Shown one piece after another: positions 1 to 13,720 of a DNA stretch of 64,000 bases. Position 1 is the first letter of the stretch, and the number at the start of each line of letters is the position of its first letter. Source of the stretch: Lama glama (Eukaryota); contig CM052844.1 in NCBI GenBank assembly GCA_028534125.1, positions 372,001 through 436,000 of the forward strand, in the 5' to 3' direction. The notes under the pieces are model-generated. The model had not been told where the DNA came from and ran no database searches. It worked only from the letters and a program-made list of their open reading frames with translations. A program made the position numbers and the translations under genes.

Positions 1-550
1 TGGAAGCAACCTGAGTGGAAGCAGACGACTGGGTAAAGAAGCTGTGGTACATCTATATGATGGAATACTACTCAGCCATGAAAAAGAATAAAATAATGCC
101 ATTTGCAGCAACATGGATGTCCCTGGAGAATGTCATTCTAAGTGAAGTAAGCCAGAAAGAGAAAGAAAAATACTATATGAGATCGCTCATATGTGGAATC
201 TAAAAAAGAAAAGAAAAAAAAAAAAGACACTAGTGAACTCATCTACAAAACAGACTCACAGACATAGTAAACAATCATTACTGGGGGAAAGGGGTTGGGA
301 AGGGATAAATTTTGGAGTTTGAGATTTGCACATATTAATGACTATACATAAAAATGGATAGAAAATAAATTTCTTCTGTATAGCACAGAGAGCTACATTC
401 AATATCTTGTAATAATAACCGTTAATGAAAAAGAATATGAAAACAAATACATGTATGCATATACATGAGTGGGACATTATGCTCCACACCAGGAACTGAC
501 ACATTGTAACTGATTATAGTTCAGTTTAAAACAACAACAACAAGAAGAAA
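1..550 (+). mobile_element. Relatively young L1 3' end: ORF2 C-terminus, 3'UTR and (ACA)n/A-rich tail
   Basis: Translation WVKKLWYIYMMEYYSAMKKNKIMPFAATWMSLENVILSEVSQKEK...SLICGI* is the typical L1 ORF2p C-terminus. An artiodactyl-type L1 3'UTR follows, with the tail at about 526-550. Confidence 0.93.
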
Positions 551-1290
551 CAAGTGCTGGGAAACCTGGACATCCCCGTGCACCTCGCACCATATACAAA
601 AATTACCACAAAATGCATTAAAGACCTAAATGTAAGAACACACAGGACAAGAGCGTCATGCCATTGGGTTTGTCAGTGATTTCCTGAATATGACACCAAA
701 GGCACAGGGCACAAAAGAAAAAATACTCAAATTTAACTTCATGAAAATTAAAAATGTTGGNNNNNNNNNNNNNNNNNNNNNNNNNNNNNNNNNNNNNNNN
801 NNNNNNNNNNNNNNNNNNNNNNNNNNNNNNNNNNNNNNNNNNNNNNNNNNNNNNNNNNNNNNNNNNNNNNNNNNNNNNNNNNNNNNNNNACACAAGCAAC
901 TGGATTCAAAGATGGGCAAAGGGCTTGAGCAGACATGTCTCCAAACAAGACACACAAGTGGCCAATAAGCACATGAAAGATGCTCCATATCACGAGTCAG
1001 GGAAATTCAAACCAAAACCGCAATGAGATACCACCTCACACCCGTGACAATGGCTACTATCCAAACACCCGGAAACAAGTGCCGGCAGGGATGTGGAGCA
1101 GTTGGAACCCTTGCGGGCTGCTGGTGGGAATGGAAAATGCTGCAGCCATTGTGGGAAACATATGGAGGTTCCTAAAACAAAATTAAGCCACCACATGAGC
1201 CAGCAATTCCACTCCTGGGTATGTGCTCAAAAGAACTGAAGCCAGGTCTCAGACGGGCACGGTACACCCATGTGCCCACGATGGGTCAAG
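551..1290 (+). mobile_element. Older L1 ORF2 3' fragment, interrupted by an N gap
   Basis: L1 landmarks: cacctcgcaccatatacaaaaatt, aaagacctaaatgtaaga, caatgagataccacctcacaccc, cagcaattccactcctgggtat. Confidence 0.88.
761..889. other. Assembly gap (N run)
   Basis: Run of Ns. Confidence 1.
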
Positions 1291-4200
1291 CAGAAAAAGG
1301 ACAGCTCCAGAGGCAGCCCTCATCCACGGTTCCCTTGGAGGGAAAGTTTCTATTCTGCTCTTTTCCTCAGTCGCTCTGGGCTCCTTGAGTGGTGATAGAG
1401 GATCGGCCATAAATAGCAGCAGATTGGATGCTTTGCCGAGGAGGCGGGGCCCGGGGCGGGGGGCTCCAGGGCACAGAACCATCAGATGGACCATGTATTC
1501 ACTTACTACTTAGCGCCCTTAATTACATTTCTTTTAATAAAGAGCATTTGCTGAGGAAAGGGATGGAGGCTAAAAACAATTCTGGCACCAGATTGAATCA
1601 GACTGAAAACAGGTCAGTGCTCTCTCCACTCCTGGGACTTGACCCACAGGAGGGCGGGAAAGAGGGTCCGGGGACAAACGGCGTGGCTCAGAGGCCAGCA
1701 GGGGTGTGCGTGTGTGCAGGTGTCCCTTTAGAGAGAAAGCTCATGGACTCGACCTCAGGCCTACCAGGAGGCGCGTCCAGATTCTGGGACAGCCCATGTC
1801 TTCTGGATGCTGTTTCTGAGGAAGGGCTTGGATTTGAAGGGTGCGTTCTAAAAGCGAACAGGGAGTTCCCCAACTAAAGCTACCTGGTTCCAAACCTCAC
1901 TTTCTGCCCCAAGCTTGGGCTGCACCCGCAGCAGCCTGGTACACCGTGAGGCAGAAGGCATGGAGAGAGAAGGGGCACAGGCCCTCAGCCTGCAGGCCCT
2001 GCCTGACCCGGCCTGACCGCTTCAGCAGAGCCCCTCCAGGGGCTCAGACCAGCCCTTTAGCTCCCGAGATTGGGACAGAACAGCCCTGGCCTTATTCACA
2101 CTAACGTGTGAATGACTGATGGCCTTTTAACAGTCCACGAGCACTTTCACGATAGAACCCTATTTACATGCATCTCTGATTGGCTGCGTCCCTGGGGGTT
2201 TCAGCGGAACCTTCAGGGAGCAGACACTGGGAGAAGGCAGAGCCACCTCCACCAGCCCTTGAGATACCCCAGCCACCCCCACCTGCTTCCACTTCTGCAC
2301 CCAGAGCAAATGGCACCCTTGAAGCCAGGTTGGCGGGAACCCTCCCTGAACCAGGGAGACGGAGCCTCGGGCCTGGGCCTCCCTCCCAGGAACCCCCACC
2401 TGACAGCACATCCCACAGGTGTGGGGTCTGTCCTGTCCCCTCTGCTGCCAACTCCTCCCCTTTGTGTCCCCAGGCCGGAGTGGACCCCAGCCCCTCTTTC
2501 TGCCAGTTTCTAGTTTTTTCCCTGGTCTCCCTGTCCCAGCCCAGCCTGCTGCAAATGGAGAGGGTCCGTCTTCTTTGTTCAGCAAATGTGCACCGAGCCC
2601 TACTCTACAGCGCAGCATCCTTGGTGCAGAGTGACCGCAGCCCCAGCACCCAGCCTGGCCCCTCCCCAGACGAGCCTGGTGGCCCGTGGCCAAGTCTTAG
2701 GAGCAAAGTCGCGTTAACAATTTTAGGCAGCGAGAGACTGAAAACAGAATTACCAGCCTCGAGGATGACTCTGGGCCGAGCTCCCGGACACAGTAGGACC
2801 CGTACCCAGCGCTGCGCCTGCACCGGTGAGCCGACCCCACGCCAGACTAAGAAAGACTGCCCTGCAGGCCCACCCCCAAACCCTCTCAAAGTCTCCTCCA
2901 GAGACCCGACTCCAACCCAGCCCAAGGGGCCGTTTCCAGACTCACACTCGGCCCTCTCCACACACCCTGATCTTCAGCCATGGAGACTCGCGTTACTTCT
3001 AGAAAAAGCCAGATGCTTTAATCACTTGGTGCTTTTACATGTCACATTGGGGAATGCTTCTCCCCTGAAAACTCCTCCACGTCCTTCAAAGCCCCGCCCT
3101 CCATGACTGGGTCTCACCGCCCCTGGGGTGAGCCCTCAGGCCAGCACTGCGTGGGCAGAAGGGGCGGCATGGTCATGTGTGTGGACCAATGTGCTCAGCA
3201 CTGCGGCCCCTGCCGTCCCGCATCCTGCAGATGCTGGAATTGTGCAGACTTGGGATGTGGAACAGGGAGGGGCAGGCAGGGGCTTGTCCCAGGCTTGGTG
3301 CGAGGGGCTCCCTGCAGGCTTCCCTGGGAGCTCTCGATTGTCACTTTCCCTGGACATTCTGGGCCCTGCCGAGCCCTGCCCGCCCCTCTCCTGCCCTCAG
3401 TCTGGCTGCCTCTCAGCTCTCAGGAGGACCCGCCCTTGGCAATCATTTTGGGTGGGCAGGACGCCCAGCAGTCCGTCTGTGGGAGTCTCCTCCTGCCCAG
3501 CGTTGGGGGCTGGGCCCCTCCAGGACCTAACCCCCCTCCCCGGCCACACTGGCCTCCTGGGCAGCTGGAGTCCAGACCTGGTGATGCTCGTCACCCACCA
3601 GGATGCAGAGATGGGGACACGGCTGCCAAGAGCACCCGCCAGCTGGAGGTGTCGCTGCGCCCGTGTCCACCCAGCTGGCCTGCAGTGCAGCGCATACCTG
3701 GGGCTTACAGCGCGCTCCTTCCTTCCCTCCGGCAGCGGCCGGGCCGGGGCGGCTTTGTTTGGGCTGCTGTCTCGCTGGGCTGTGCGAGCACAGCTGTGGG
3801 GTGAGGCCCAACTGCAGGTCTGGGTTTTTCGCCCTCTTCTCATTTTGGTTTATGTGACTGAATGGTTTGCAGCTGCTTCAGAGGGTACCCCCACGACCCC
3901 ACCCGCCAGTCACAGTGGGCAGAGGCACTGGCCAGCACAGCTGGAGCAAATTAAACCCACCTATCGGGGCTTGGCTTCCGTGAGCCGCGCGTACCCGCCG
4001 TGTACAGACTCACCGGGCTCGGCAAAAACAGACCTTCCACAGCGAAGCGGGAAGGAAACCACAGCCGCATGTAAAAAGGCCTCGGTTTAGGCCTGGGATC
4101 CATCAGGCCCAACCCACGAACAAGGAGCGCTGTGTGCCCACAGCAGAGCCCGCGCCGGGGCCCCGGGCCCTCGCCAGACGTGCACCCGCGCGTTTCTCCC

Positions 4201-4521
4201 CGGCTGCGAGGGGCACGCCCGGCTTCTCACATTCGTGTGCGTTTTCATTCCAGTGCGTTTGAAACCTTTTGCCCAAATTGTTCCGTGCCAGGGAAGCTCC
4301 CCCTGGCGCCTCCCCAAAGGGCTCCTGGCAGCCCGCAGCCCGCAGCCCGGGCGGGAGAGCAGGGCCTGGCGCAGGGCAGCTGCTCCGGAGTCAGGGCGCT
4401 CCTGGCACACGACACCGTGGAAGGGGCGCCGGGGGAGACGGCACTGGAAAAGCTGAAGCAAACCGCTCGAGCTGAATGGGGGGGGAAGCCCCGAGGCAAG
4501 TTTACCAGGATTTGTTCTCCT

Positions 4522-4686
4522 NNNNNNNNNNNNNNNNNNNNNNNNNNNNNNNNNNNNNNNNNNNNNNNNNNNNNNNNNNNNNNNNNNNNNNNNNNNNNNN
4601 NNNNNNNNNNNNNNNNNNNNNNNNNNNNNNNNNNNNNNNNNNNNNNNNNNNNNNNNNNNNNNNNNNNNNNNNNNNNNNNNNNNNNN
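4522..4686. other. Assembly gap (N run)
   Basis: Run of Ns. Confidence 1.
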
Positions 4687-6541
4687 TTATCATTATCTCT
4701 CGGCCAACACTGAGGTGCCTGGAATGCATGAAAGTATTTTTCCAGCTGAAAATCTGAAATAGAAGCACCAATAAAAACAGATCCCAGATTTACGACCATG
4801 TTTTTTCACCTCTCCCTTTCTCTCTGTAGTTTCCTTTTTTCCAGTTAACTTGGGACACAGAAAAAGAGCTACTTCAGAGCGGGGGCGGGGGCGGGGGGGG
4901 CGCACCCCGTCCCTCCTGCCCTGCCCCGCACAGCCTCGCCTGGGGCGGCCAGGCCGGGAGGGGAGTGTCCGGCCCCTGGAGCCCCAGCCTGGCCTTGTGA
5001 ACAGCTGTCCTGGCAGCTGAGTGAAGGTAACTTTGAGAGTGAACTTGAGAACTGCAGGGTGTGGGAAGGTGGTTAAAACTGTCCTTCACTCTGTTTTTCA
5101 CCTCCCAAAGGCCTGCCTGGCCCGCGGGCTCTAATCTGACCCTTTGGATTCTCCAGAAGGTGTTTCCTTCTCGTCCTCCGGGCCCGTCACCGGCGGCCCT
5201 GCTGTCCACAGGGCGGCACTGTGCCCACGGCCACCGCGGCCCACGTCGCCCTCCCTGCCGGGCACAAGCCTGTGCAGGGCCAGCCTTGCTGTGGCACCTG
5301 GAACGGGGCCTGGGAGTAGGAGGCCCCGTGAGTCACGGCTTCCGTATCTCGCACCCAGGCCTGGGCCCCACGGCCACGTCTCGGCCCGCAGTCCTTCGGG
5401 GACCCACGTGGCATTCAGCCATCCCTCCTTCGTCAGTGCGGGCCGTTTGCTTTTGGGGTCGAAGTCAGAAAGGAGGGGTGAAGAATTCCCCAAAGTGGCG
5501 TTTGCTCCATTTAAAAATACTTCTTTGCCTTAACAGACGTCAAGGACTTCATTTCATAGTATTTTTGCACGAGCAGCCTGTAGGGGAGAGCCCTCCCCTG
5601 TGGAACTCAGAGCAGAACTGCGTTGCCAGAGGCACCACTCCTCCAAGTTAAACACAATATCACATTTGCTTTAATATTATTTTAAGAGAAAGCAATTAGG
5701 TCTGCAGTTTAGTTTAATCATCTGCCAGATCCTATTTTGGAAACCTAACCATTGAGGAGGTAAAACCTGCAGCCTCCTTTCCGTCCGTGAGTGTCGCAGG
5801 AGCTCGACACTGGTGGGGTGGAGTCACCCCCTGCCCAGCAGAGCAGGGCTGGGCCGCGGGAGAGCCACCAGGGCCCTGCAACCCCTTCCTCGAGCTGCGG
5901 GCAGTGCCCGCAGCCCCACCTGAGGGCACCGTTCCCTGGCACCAGCCCCGTCTTTGGGGAGCTCCAGCCTCGAGACCAGCCTCAGGAGGGCTCGGGGGGA
6001 GCGGAGCCCCAGCTCTGGGCGTGGGGAGGCCTGCCCGTCCTCCCGCGGCGCTGACCACGCCCCGGGGGTTTGCTCCCTTCTCGCCCTCAGGCTCCCTTGC
6101 TTTAGACTTATCATTGCATTGTCTTCTTTACTTCTTATTAAAGTGATACATTCTTTTAAACTCAGACGTATTTGCACACTCACAGCAACAGCAACCACCA
6201 CAACACCGCGTCCTCAGTCACTCCCGGCCACACCCCGCTGCTCACTCTGTACAGGCCCCCGTTCCAATTCTTTCAACTGCATCTTAACCTCCAGTCTTTA
6301 AAAACTGTGTTTCACTGCTGTTTCACGGTCTTTAAGCTTTGGGGATTATCTGCCGGCTTCCTACTGTGAAAGGTGAGGACCCAGGGTTTTACCCTCACCT
6401 CCACGGCCTCGCACAAGCCGCCCGCCTCGCAGCCAGTGACTTGTCACGGGGGTCCCTCTGTGAGGCAGTTCCGATTGAAACGTGCGCTGGGCGGGGGGAG
6501 GGAGGAGAAAGGAACAACCCAGAGCACAGGGGGCCTGAGCT

Positions 6542-6565
6542 GTCAGTCAGTCAGTCAGTCAGTCA
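6542..6565 (+). repeat. (GTCA)6 microsatellite
   Basis: Read directly from the sequence. Confidence 0.95.
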
Positions 6566-8267
6566 CAAAACCAGGACATAAACACAGGGGAGCAGAGGGA
6601 CGGCACCACGTTTCCTCCCTCGGGCTGGCCCGCTCCCAGTCCTCGGGCGTGCACTGTCTTCCACTATTTTTTTACTTCAGGAATGAAAGTCTTGTTTATA
6701 TCACGTTTTTTGTCTCTCGTCAAAAATCCTTTTTTGGGGTGACTAAGAACCGAGGCAGTTCTTATTTTCCTTTTCCGGGTGACAACTCTGTTACATCTGC
6801 CCAGATGCAGCGGAGAACCCCCGGCCACGGCACAGCCGTCACCGCCAGCCTCTGTGCGCCTCCTCCACTTGTGGACAGAAGAGAAGCCCTCTGACTTTAA
6901 AAAAAAGTAACCCTGACAGAAAAATCCAGACCCCGTCCTCCTGCACCCATTCCTCTGAACGATGTGACCACGACAGCCTCAGACATGTGACAGGTTTGAG
7001 CGAACCGTGGCTTCCAAAAGCAATTATAGGAGGCTGACGGGGAGGGGCGCCTTCCAACGGCAGCGTCTCCGAGAGCCGCGTCCGCGGGGAGTGTGAGCAG
7101 CTCGCCACCCCACCCGGTTGCTGCGGAGGGCGGGGGTGCCTGTCCGCAGCGGATCTCGTCCAGTCCTGTTCACCACGTCTCGGTGGCCTCTCGGAGCCCC
7201 CAGGTGCTCTGCTGAAAAGACAGCAGTGGCCCAAACGGCGGCTCAGAAGCCACGAAGACGAGGAGCCAGAAGTCACGTCACCAAGGTGCCCGCCTCTCAC
7301 CTCTGCTCATCTACACCTTCAGATGCAAAGACAGGCGTTGGAGAGCCTCTTCCTCAAGCGTGTGTGTGTTTGTACAGAACACCCTGACACACTCACCCTC
7401 AACAGGATTTGGGGATGATCACCTTGCTCCCCAGAGCTCAGAACACGGGCTGCAGGGAGCCGCTCCTGAAACCTGGGGCAGAAACACATTCAGGTTGCTC
7501 ATCCAACTTCCTGATGGTGTTTGGTCAAAACACGCCTGAAGACATGACGTCATCCCTCGACGAGACCTCAGCAAGGCTGGCGTGGCTCAGTGACCTGGGT
7601 GCAGGCGTGTCCCCCCAGGTCTCGAGCAGAACTATGAGAATTGGGGAACCCCAGCTGGAAGCCTTGGCCCCGCAGGGCTCCCGAATCCTGCCCCTCGGTC
7701 TGTGTTCCCCCTGTCTGGGCTGAGTGGCTTTGATTTTGGATCTTGGAGATGTATCGGTTTGTAAATCATTAAGTGTTCATCTGCTTTTTCAGAAAGAAAC
7801 ATAGTTTGATTTTCCAGATTTAAGACACTTTTTGGGTCCATGCTGAAGAAAAAATTATTGGCATAACAAGCAGTTCTATATTCAAAGCTTGCCTTCAATG
7901 CTCAGCTTTGTGTACAGTTCCTAATGTTTACTGGGAGCCTAAACTGACGGCAGGCGCAGCACAGTGGTGGGTGGTGCACGTTTTTGAGCAGTTTATGCGC
8001 TGTAGGTGAAGCCTGCACAGAACAGAGCTCCCGGACTGGCTGTTTCCTGGGACCTGGTGTGGGTGTGGGAGTGAAGCAGGGCCAGGCGGGGAGCATGTGG
8101 AACAGGCGGGGCCAGTGCTGCCCACGGCAAACACGTCTGACGCCTGGAGAGAACGAACAGTCCGACAACCGGGCAGCCGGGCTTCCCGGGCTCGGCAGCC
8201 CCAGCCAGGACTCTGTGCGCTCCATTGGTCTTTACTGATTCCAGCCTCTCAGCCATGTCTGAGGTGG

Positions 8268-8330
8268 GGGCTGCTGTCAGCCCATTTCCCGGATGAAAAC
8301 CGAGGCCCAGGGAGGTCCAGCGGCTGGAGC
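8268..8330 (-). mobile_element. MIR core fragment
   Basis: cccatttcccggatgaaaaccgaggcccagggagg resembles the recalled MIR core cccattttacagatgaggaaactgaggcccagagagg. Confidence 0.55.
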
Positions 8331-8399
8331 AGCACCGCGCGGGAGCAGAGCGCACCACAGACCTCGATTCAACCCAAGGTGGCCCAACTTCAGGGTCCG

Positions 8400-9330
8400 A
8401 GAGTCTTTGAACTTGGTGCAACTAACGTACAGTGAAGCCCACGGCTTGGAGAAAGTTCACACAGGTGTCTGCCCGCAGACCTCCACCGAGATGGAGACCC
8501 CGACGGTCCCTAGCAGCTCAGAGGCGGTCCCTGTTCTGACCCCGGTCACCAACCACTACTTCTGCCCGCCTCCGACTCTCTGTCACTGGGGTCACACTTT
8601 TCCTACAGATCTGACCTCTGGTTGCTTTGTTCGGTGTCATGGAGCATTCCTGTGTGTGGACACAGCACACTGGTCATCTGGGTTGCGTCTGGGTCTGGCC
8701 CTTACACACAACACCCCCACGCATGTTCCCAGCAGACGGCCACCCGTTTCTGTGCGGGGGGTGCGCCCAGCAGGGCAGCCGTCGGGAGCAGCTCTGTGTG
8801 CTCAGTGGGGGCGCTGCTGTCAGTTCTGCTCCATCAGGACCATGGGGACCCCTCCTGCTCCACACCCGACTCACGGTCTGTCTGCCCTTAGACCTGCAGT
8901 CAGTCTGGAGCTGGGGCCGTGGTGTCTGGGCGCTTTCTCGATCAAAGTGGCGGTGACCCCTTTCCACCACTGGCCGCACACCTGGGCGCCCAGGCACGAA
9001 GGGCCTACTGCAGTCTCTGCCCACTTGAAAGTGGGATTGTCAGCATTTCCTGCTGATGTGTGCAGCTCTCCATCCTTGGTGTTGGTGGCCTCCTGCCGGC
9101 AGTGTCCCACTGTGTCCCTGCGGGGCCCCTCCGCTCTCTGTTGGTGCCTCCTGATGAACAGAAGTTCTTAATTTTAATGAAGTCGAGACAAATCACTCTT
9201 TCCTTAGTCGTCAGGGACGTCTGTGTCCTAGACAGGAAGTCTCTGCTCACCACAGGGTCTCTTCTCACAGCCAGTTCTGCACGGTCCACGTCGAGGTCTG
9301 GACCCAGCAGGGTGGCACTGTGCCCCTGAG
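8400..9330 (-). mobile_element. Ancient, GC-shifted L1 (L1MC/L1ME-like) 3' fragment
   Basis: aactaacgtacagtgaagcccac...ttcacacagg and ctgatgaacagaagttcttaattttaatgaagtc are antisense L1 3' landmarks. Confidence 0.65.
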
Positions 9331-10945
9331 CCCCTCCCTTTGGAGACGATGAAGACAGAGGGAAATGGGACGGGGCCAAGGCCTCTGTCCCTTCTTCCTG
9401 CCTGCCTCCTGCGTCCGAGGCCAGGCTGGAGCTCAGCGAGCCCCTCCTCTGTTCTGGCTTGGGGGCTGCCCGCCCCCCCAGGCGACTCAGTGCAGGAAGC
9501 GGCACGTTCACCACATACGTAGGGGGCCCCAGGGCCCCAACAGCAGACCCTGGACTCCCAGTGGAAGGCAGGCCCCGCACAGGCCCCACCTCCACACCCA
9601 GCTCAGCAGCTGGGCTGCTGGTTTAGGTGAGGAAGTCCCTGAGGAAAAGCGGGTGGGGCCCCACACGCCTGTCTGTGCAGCCGGAACCCCTATACTGGGC
9701 ACGGTCGCTCTGAGCTGCCTTCCTAACTAGTCTGCCCCCAGCCCCCAGAAGCTCGGCTACGTTCACACTGGCCTTGGAAGGCTGTGGCTGTCCCTTCCCC
9801 AGCCAGGGTGACCAGTCCGTTAGCACTGCCTACACAGGCCGACGGGCTCTGTGTGACATGGGCCACCCCTGCCCACTCAGGGACGGGAGGAGGAAGAGGC
9901 ATGTTCAGCTCATTTGGTGGAATCACATTGTTGGTCTTATCTGAAAATAGAGCCTCAATTTCACAGATAATTAGGAACTTCCTGCGGAATACCAATACAC
10001 ACCTCGGAGCCCCGAACTCTGGGCGCTGTGTTTGGTCACCTCTCGGGCAGCTTCCCCCATGGCCAGAACACCTCCTGCCTTGCAGTGCGTACTGGGAGGC
10101 ACCATGGAGGGTGCTGTTTGGTGCTGGGAACTGGACCTGCCTTCCCAGGCCCCGTCTCTCCTCACCCCGCTCCCCAGTGAGTCTCAAACCCAGGTCTCAT
10201 TTCTGATCACTTGGGGCCAACTCCACATCTGAGCTTCAGCCCACACGGAGGCTCGGATGCCACGCTCTCCAGCGTCAGCCCACTTTGGGTTTGCCCGTGT
10301 GCCCCGGGAGCTGTGGCACATTCTGAGCCAGTCAGGACACAGACAGCAGGAGGTGGGAGTCCAGACGCTGATGGTCTGCAGAGGGACCACAGTGACCAGG
10401 CGGACAGGACGGTGTGGGGAGGTGCTGACTAACTGTGTTTGGAGACTGAGTCAGGGGTGTCCCGACATGGTGACCGGGCAGCTGGGAGGATAGAGAGGCT
10501 TTCAACTAACAGAAGGCAGGTGGGGAACAAGACGGGACAGACGCAGTCACAGTGGGGCCACCGTCCCCAGGTGCCTCTCCAGGCCTGCCGCAGCCCCCAG
10601 CCTGGTCCTGCCGCAAACCCATGGAAACACCAGGCCTCTCTCAACCTGGGCAGTGCCTCTACCCAAGTTCTCGCTGTGCTTGGCGCCCGGAGCAGAAGGG
10701 AACCGCGTACCCATGACAACGGCCAGCACTCCGGCCGACTCGGTGGGTCCAGACAAGGGCACCCGGTCCCACTCCACCTAGGACGTCCCCGGGGACCAGG
10801 GCCACCTTGGACTCAGGCGGGAGGACTTCCTCCTGGGAGAACAGCCTGTCCCAAGCCAGCCCCAACCCTAATCTGACCCCTCATAGACTCTACAGTCCCC
10901 TCCCCAAATAGTCCTCCTGCCAGAGCCAGGGCAGTGTCGGACCTG

Positions 10946-10975
10946 GACAGGACAGGACAGGACAGGACAGGACAG
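10946..10975 (+). repeat. (GACAG)6 microsatellite
   Basis: Read directly from the sequence. Confidence 0.95.
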
Positions 10976-11254
10976 GTGGCCTGTGGCAGAGTCGGGGGAG
11001 GACGAGAGGAAAACGACCGAGAGCGGGGCCCGGCCCGGCCCGGCCCAGCCGCCGTGTCGAACCAGGAAAACCGGGGATTCCAGGTGGCTTTGAAGGCGTC
11101 TGTCAAGTTAAGGGAAAGACATGTTTCAAGCAGTCCGTAACCCTGACTTAACACTCGCAATACTTAGGCACAGGGCACGGGGTCCCCCTAGCCCACCTGG
11201 CCATGCTGACCTGACCGCCCACCACAGGCCCAGGGCCAGCAGTGCAGGAGCACC

Positions 11255-11305
11255 AGGCTCCGCGTCTGTGCCCAGCACACAGTAGGTGCTCAGTAAATGC
11301 CTGGC
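11255..11305 (+). mobile_element. L2/MIR 3'-terminal fragment
   Basis: gtgcccagcacacagtaggtgctcagtaaatg matches the recalled L2/MIR terminal motif gtgcctggcacatagtaggtgctcaataaat. Confidence 0.6.
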
Positions 11306-11670
11306 TCCTCGGAGAGGAGAGAGGGAAAGAACGCCACATACGGGCTGGGAGAGGAGCGCCGGGGGACATCCGTCAGGTGGCAGAGACCCACTTGGAGGAC
11401 GTCGCAGACGAGAACTGTTCTAGAGGAGGTCAGAGGACCCGGGAGAAACAGTGACATAGAATGTGGCTGTCCGCTGTCAAACGGGGGATCTGTGGGCAGC
11501 GTGACCACTGACCAGGGCTTCCAGTGTCCCTGCACGGTCCCTCCCCAGTTCCCGCCTCCAAACGTCACACCTGCCGCCTGGGCGCACGACACCAGCCGTC
11601 CACCGTCAGGGCCTGTGTCCTGTGCTCTGGGGGCAGAATCAGGCCAAGACGCCCAGGAAGCAGAGCTGTT

Positions 11671-11701
11671 TCTCTCTCTCTCTCTCTCTTTTTTTTTTTT
11701 T
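11671..11701 (+). repeat. (TC)n followed by poly-T
   Basis: Read directly from the sequence. Confidence 0.9.
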
Positions 11702-13464
11702 GCTTTCGTCTACTTACTGAGGATAATAGATATAATTTTATGAAGATTTTAAAACAGGATTTAAAAGGAAAAAGGCTCTCCAGTCATCACGAGCTAACCA
11801 GAAGATGCAACTAGACTGAGCACCCCTTTGGGCCAGGGCTGCACCCCATTTCTTGTCACACTTTCAAATTCTCCAGGTGATTTCAGTCCGCTTCTCAGGG
11901 AACTCTAAGGTGTTCAGTTTTTTTCCATGTGAAATAAAGTCTCTAACTTACAAAAAGGTCCCCAGTTCTGAGCTGCAGGAAATTGTTTGGAAGAAACAGC
12001 CACAGCATAGCCTGACCCCTGAGGAGAGTCAGGCAGGAGAGAGAAGGGAGGCCCAGCCCATGAGACTCGCAAGGGGACCATGCAGCCCACGACTGGGCAG
12101 GGGGAGAGCCGTGGCCCCAGTGCCGTCGGGGGAGAGAAAGTGGATCTGGTTCGAAGAGTTGCACACCCTGGCACTGGGGTCACAGCTGTCTCCTGAGGAT
12201 CCTGCCCGCCACCCCACCGGGCACAGCCTCTGGGGCGTCCTCCTGGCCTCTAGAACCAGCTGTGGTCAGTGGTCAGCCTGCGCCCTCGGGGCCTCCTTGC
12301 CCCCCTCTCTGGGCCCTGTGAGGTGTAGGCCGGTCCTCCCTCGAGCGCTCCCCCCAGGTGGGTTGCTGTCTCTGGGTGATGGAGTTTCACCCTGGAGACC
12401 CCAGGCCCCGCGCTGATCAGCACCCCTGGTTCTGCCTGCAAACCCCACCTCCGCGACTTCTCGAATCCACCACCGAACCAGGAGGGAAGGCTCTTCCAGG
12501 AGACAGCAACCCCCTGGCTACCCCCCGGTGACCGGGCCGGGAGCTTCCCCAGCCCAGGACTCGGCCGCTGCCTGACGCTCTCCCTCCAGCCAGAGGCCTT
12601 TCAAGCCCAGGACCAGGTGAAGCAATGCAGCCTTTTCTGCAGCAAAAGAGGAGGAGGAGAGAGAAGGAAGGGAAAGCGGGAGGAGGAGGAGGAAGCCTGG
12701 AGCGGCAGGGCTCCAACAAGGAAGCCCCCATGCACTCCCACCCCACGGCAACTTCAAAAGAACTGTCGATTCAAGAGCTGGGACCCAACCGGAAGCTTCT
12801 CCGTTTACATCAGCACCAAGTGTCCTGAAATGTGCTTTGCACCTACCACTCAGGAGATAAACAAGGTGTGGTGTGAACAGCGGTTCCAACACTCCTGGGT
12901 TTCTCAGAGAATCTCACTGGGGATTGAGTGACGTGCCATCGGTAGTAACTTTTTGGGGTGTGGGAGGAGGGGCCTTGGCTCTGCCCCAGCAGACACCCAG
13001 CTCTTCCATGGGGACCACCGGTCTTCCGGGGTAAACCCAGCACCTCCTGAAGGGCCGTGAAGATGGTTCCGTCCACCTGGCCAGCCAGGGACTCATGGCT
13101 GAATGTGGCCGGAGACTGTGTTTGGACTCTTGGTGGCTCCTCACCGGCGTCTCCAAAGCCAAACCGTACAGACGCATGAAAATGACTGACAGCCGCTGGG
13201 GAAGAAATGGCCCCGTTCGGTCTTCAGTTCCCTCTGCAACGGTGAGCAGCCGCCGAGCTCGGCAGAACCGTCTTCCGCCTCAACCGAGGAGGCAGCTGTG
13301 CTTACATTCGAATAAGATGATTACAGTCTGGAGACCCACCTACTGAGTCAGCAAAGGAAGCTGACGTTGGAGTTTCTGAGGGTCCTCGAATGTGAAGTAA
13401 GGTCCCTGGGATGGCGTGCTTTCAAGGAGGCTGGGACAGACAGCCCTGGCGGGGCTTGAGAGCC

Positions 13465-13720
13465 CCCATCAGCACGTTCAAGTCACCTGCTTAAAGCGGA
13501 GCCTCACCCCAGGTGTCTTCACGGGACTGACGGGCAGTGGATCCTGGAGCGCCAGGTTTGGGGTGGCCTGGGCTCAGGGGCGAGGATGCTCGCACCAGCT
13601 TCCGTGCGCGAGCGAGGGGGGTCGGTAGTAAGCTTGGTCTTGAAATCCAGCAGCTCTTTGCAGCAGCAGCACCTGGGACGCCATCGGTCTGAGAGATCTG
13701 GATATTTGGGGTGGGGACAG
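13465..13720. mobile_element. Possible decayed MER5-like hAT DNA transposon fragments
   Basis: Weak resemblance to recalled MER5A motifs (tcacctg...ggtttggggtgg...; cagcagcagcacctggg...). Confidence 0.3.

Noticed and set aside
15-203. Independent small protein-coding gene
   Set aside because: It is the C-terminus of L1 ORF2.
2180-4090. Long ORFs of 308, 233 and 320 aa (likewise 8293-9171 and 36095-37036)
   Set aside because: They overlap in multiple frames, have no recognisable domains, and some run through repeat relics. They are consistent with GC-driven noise.
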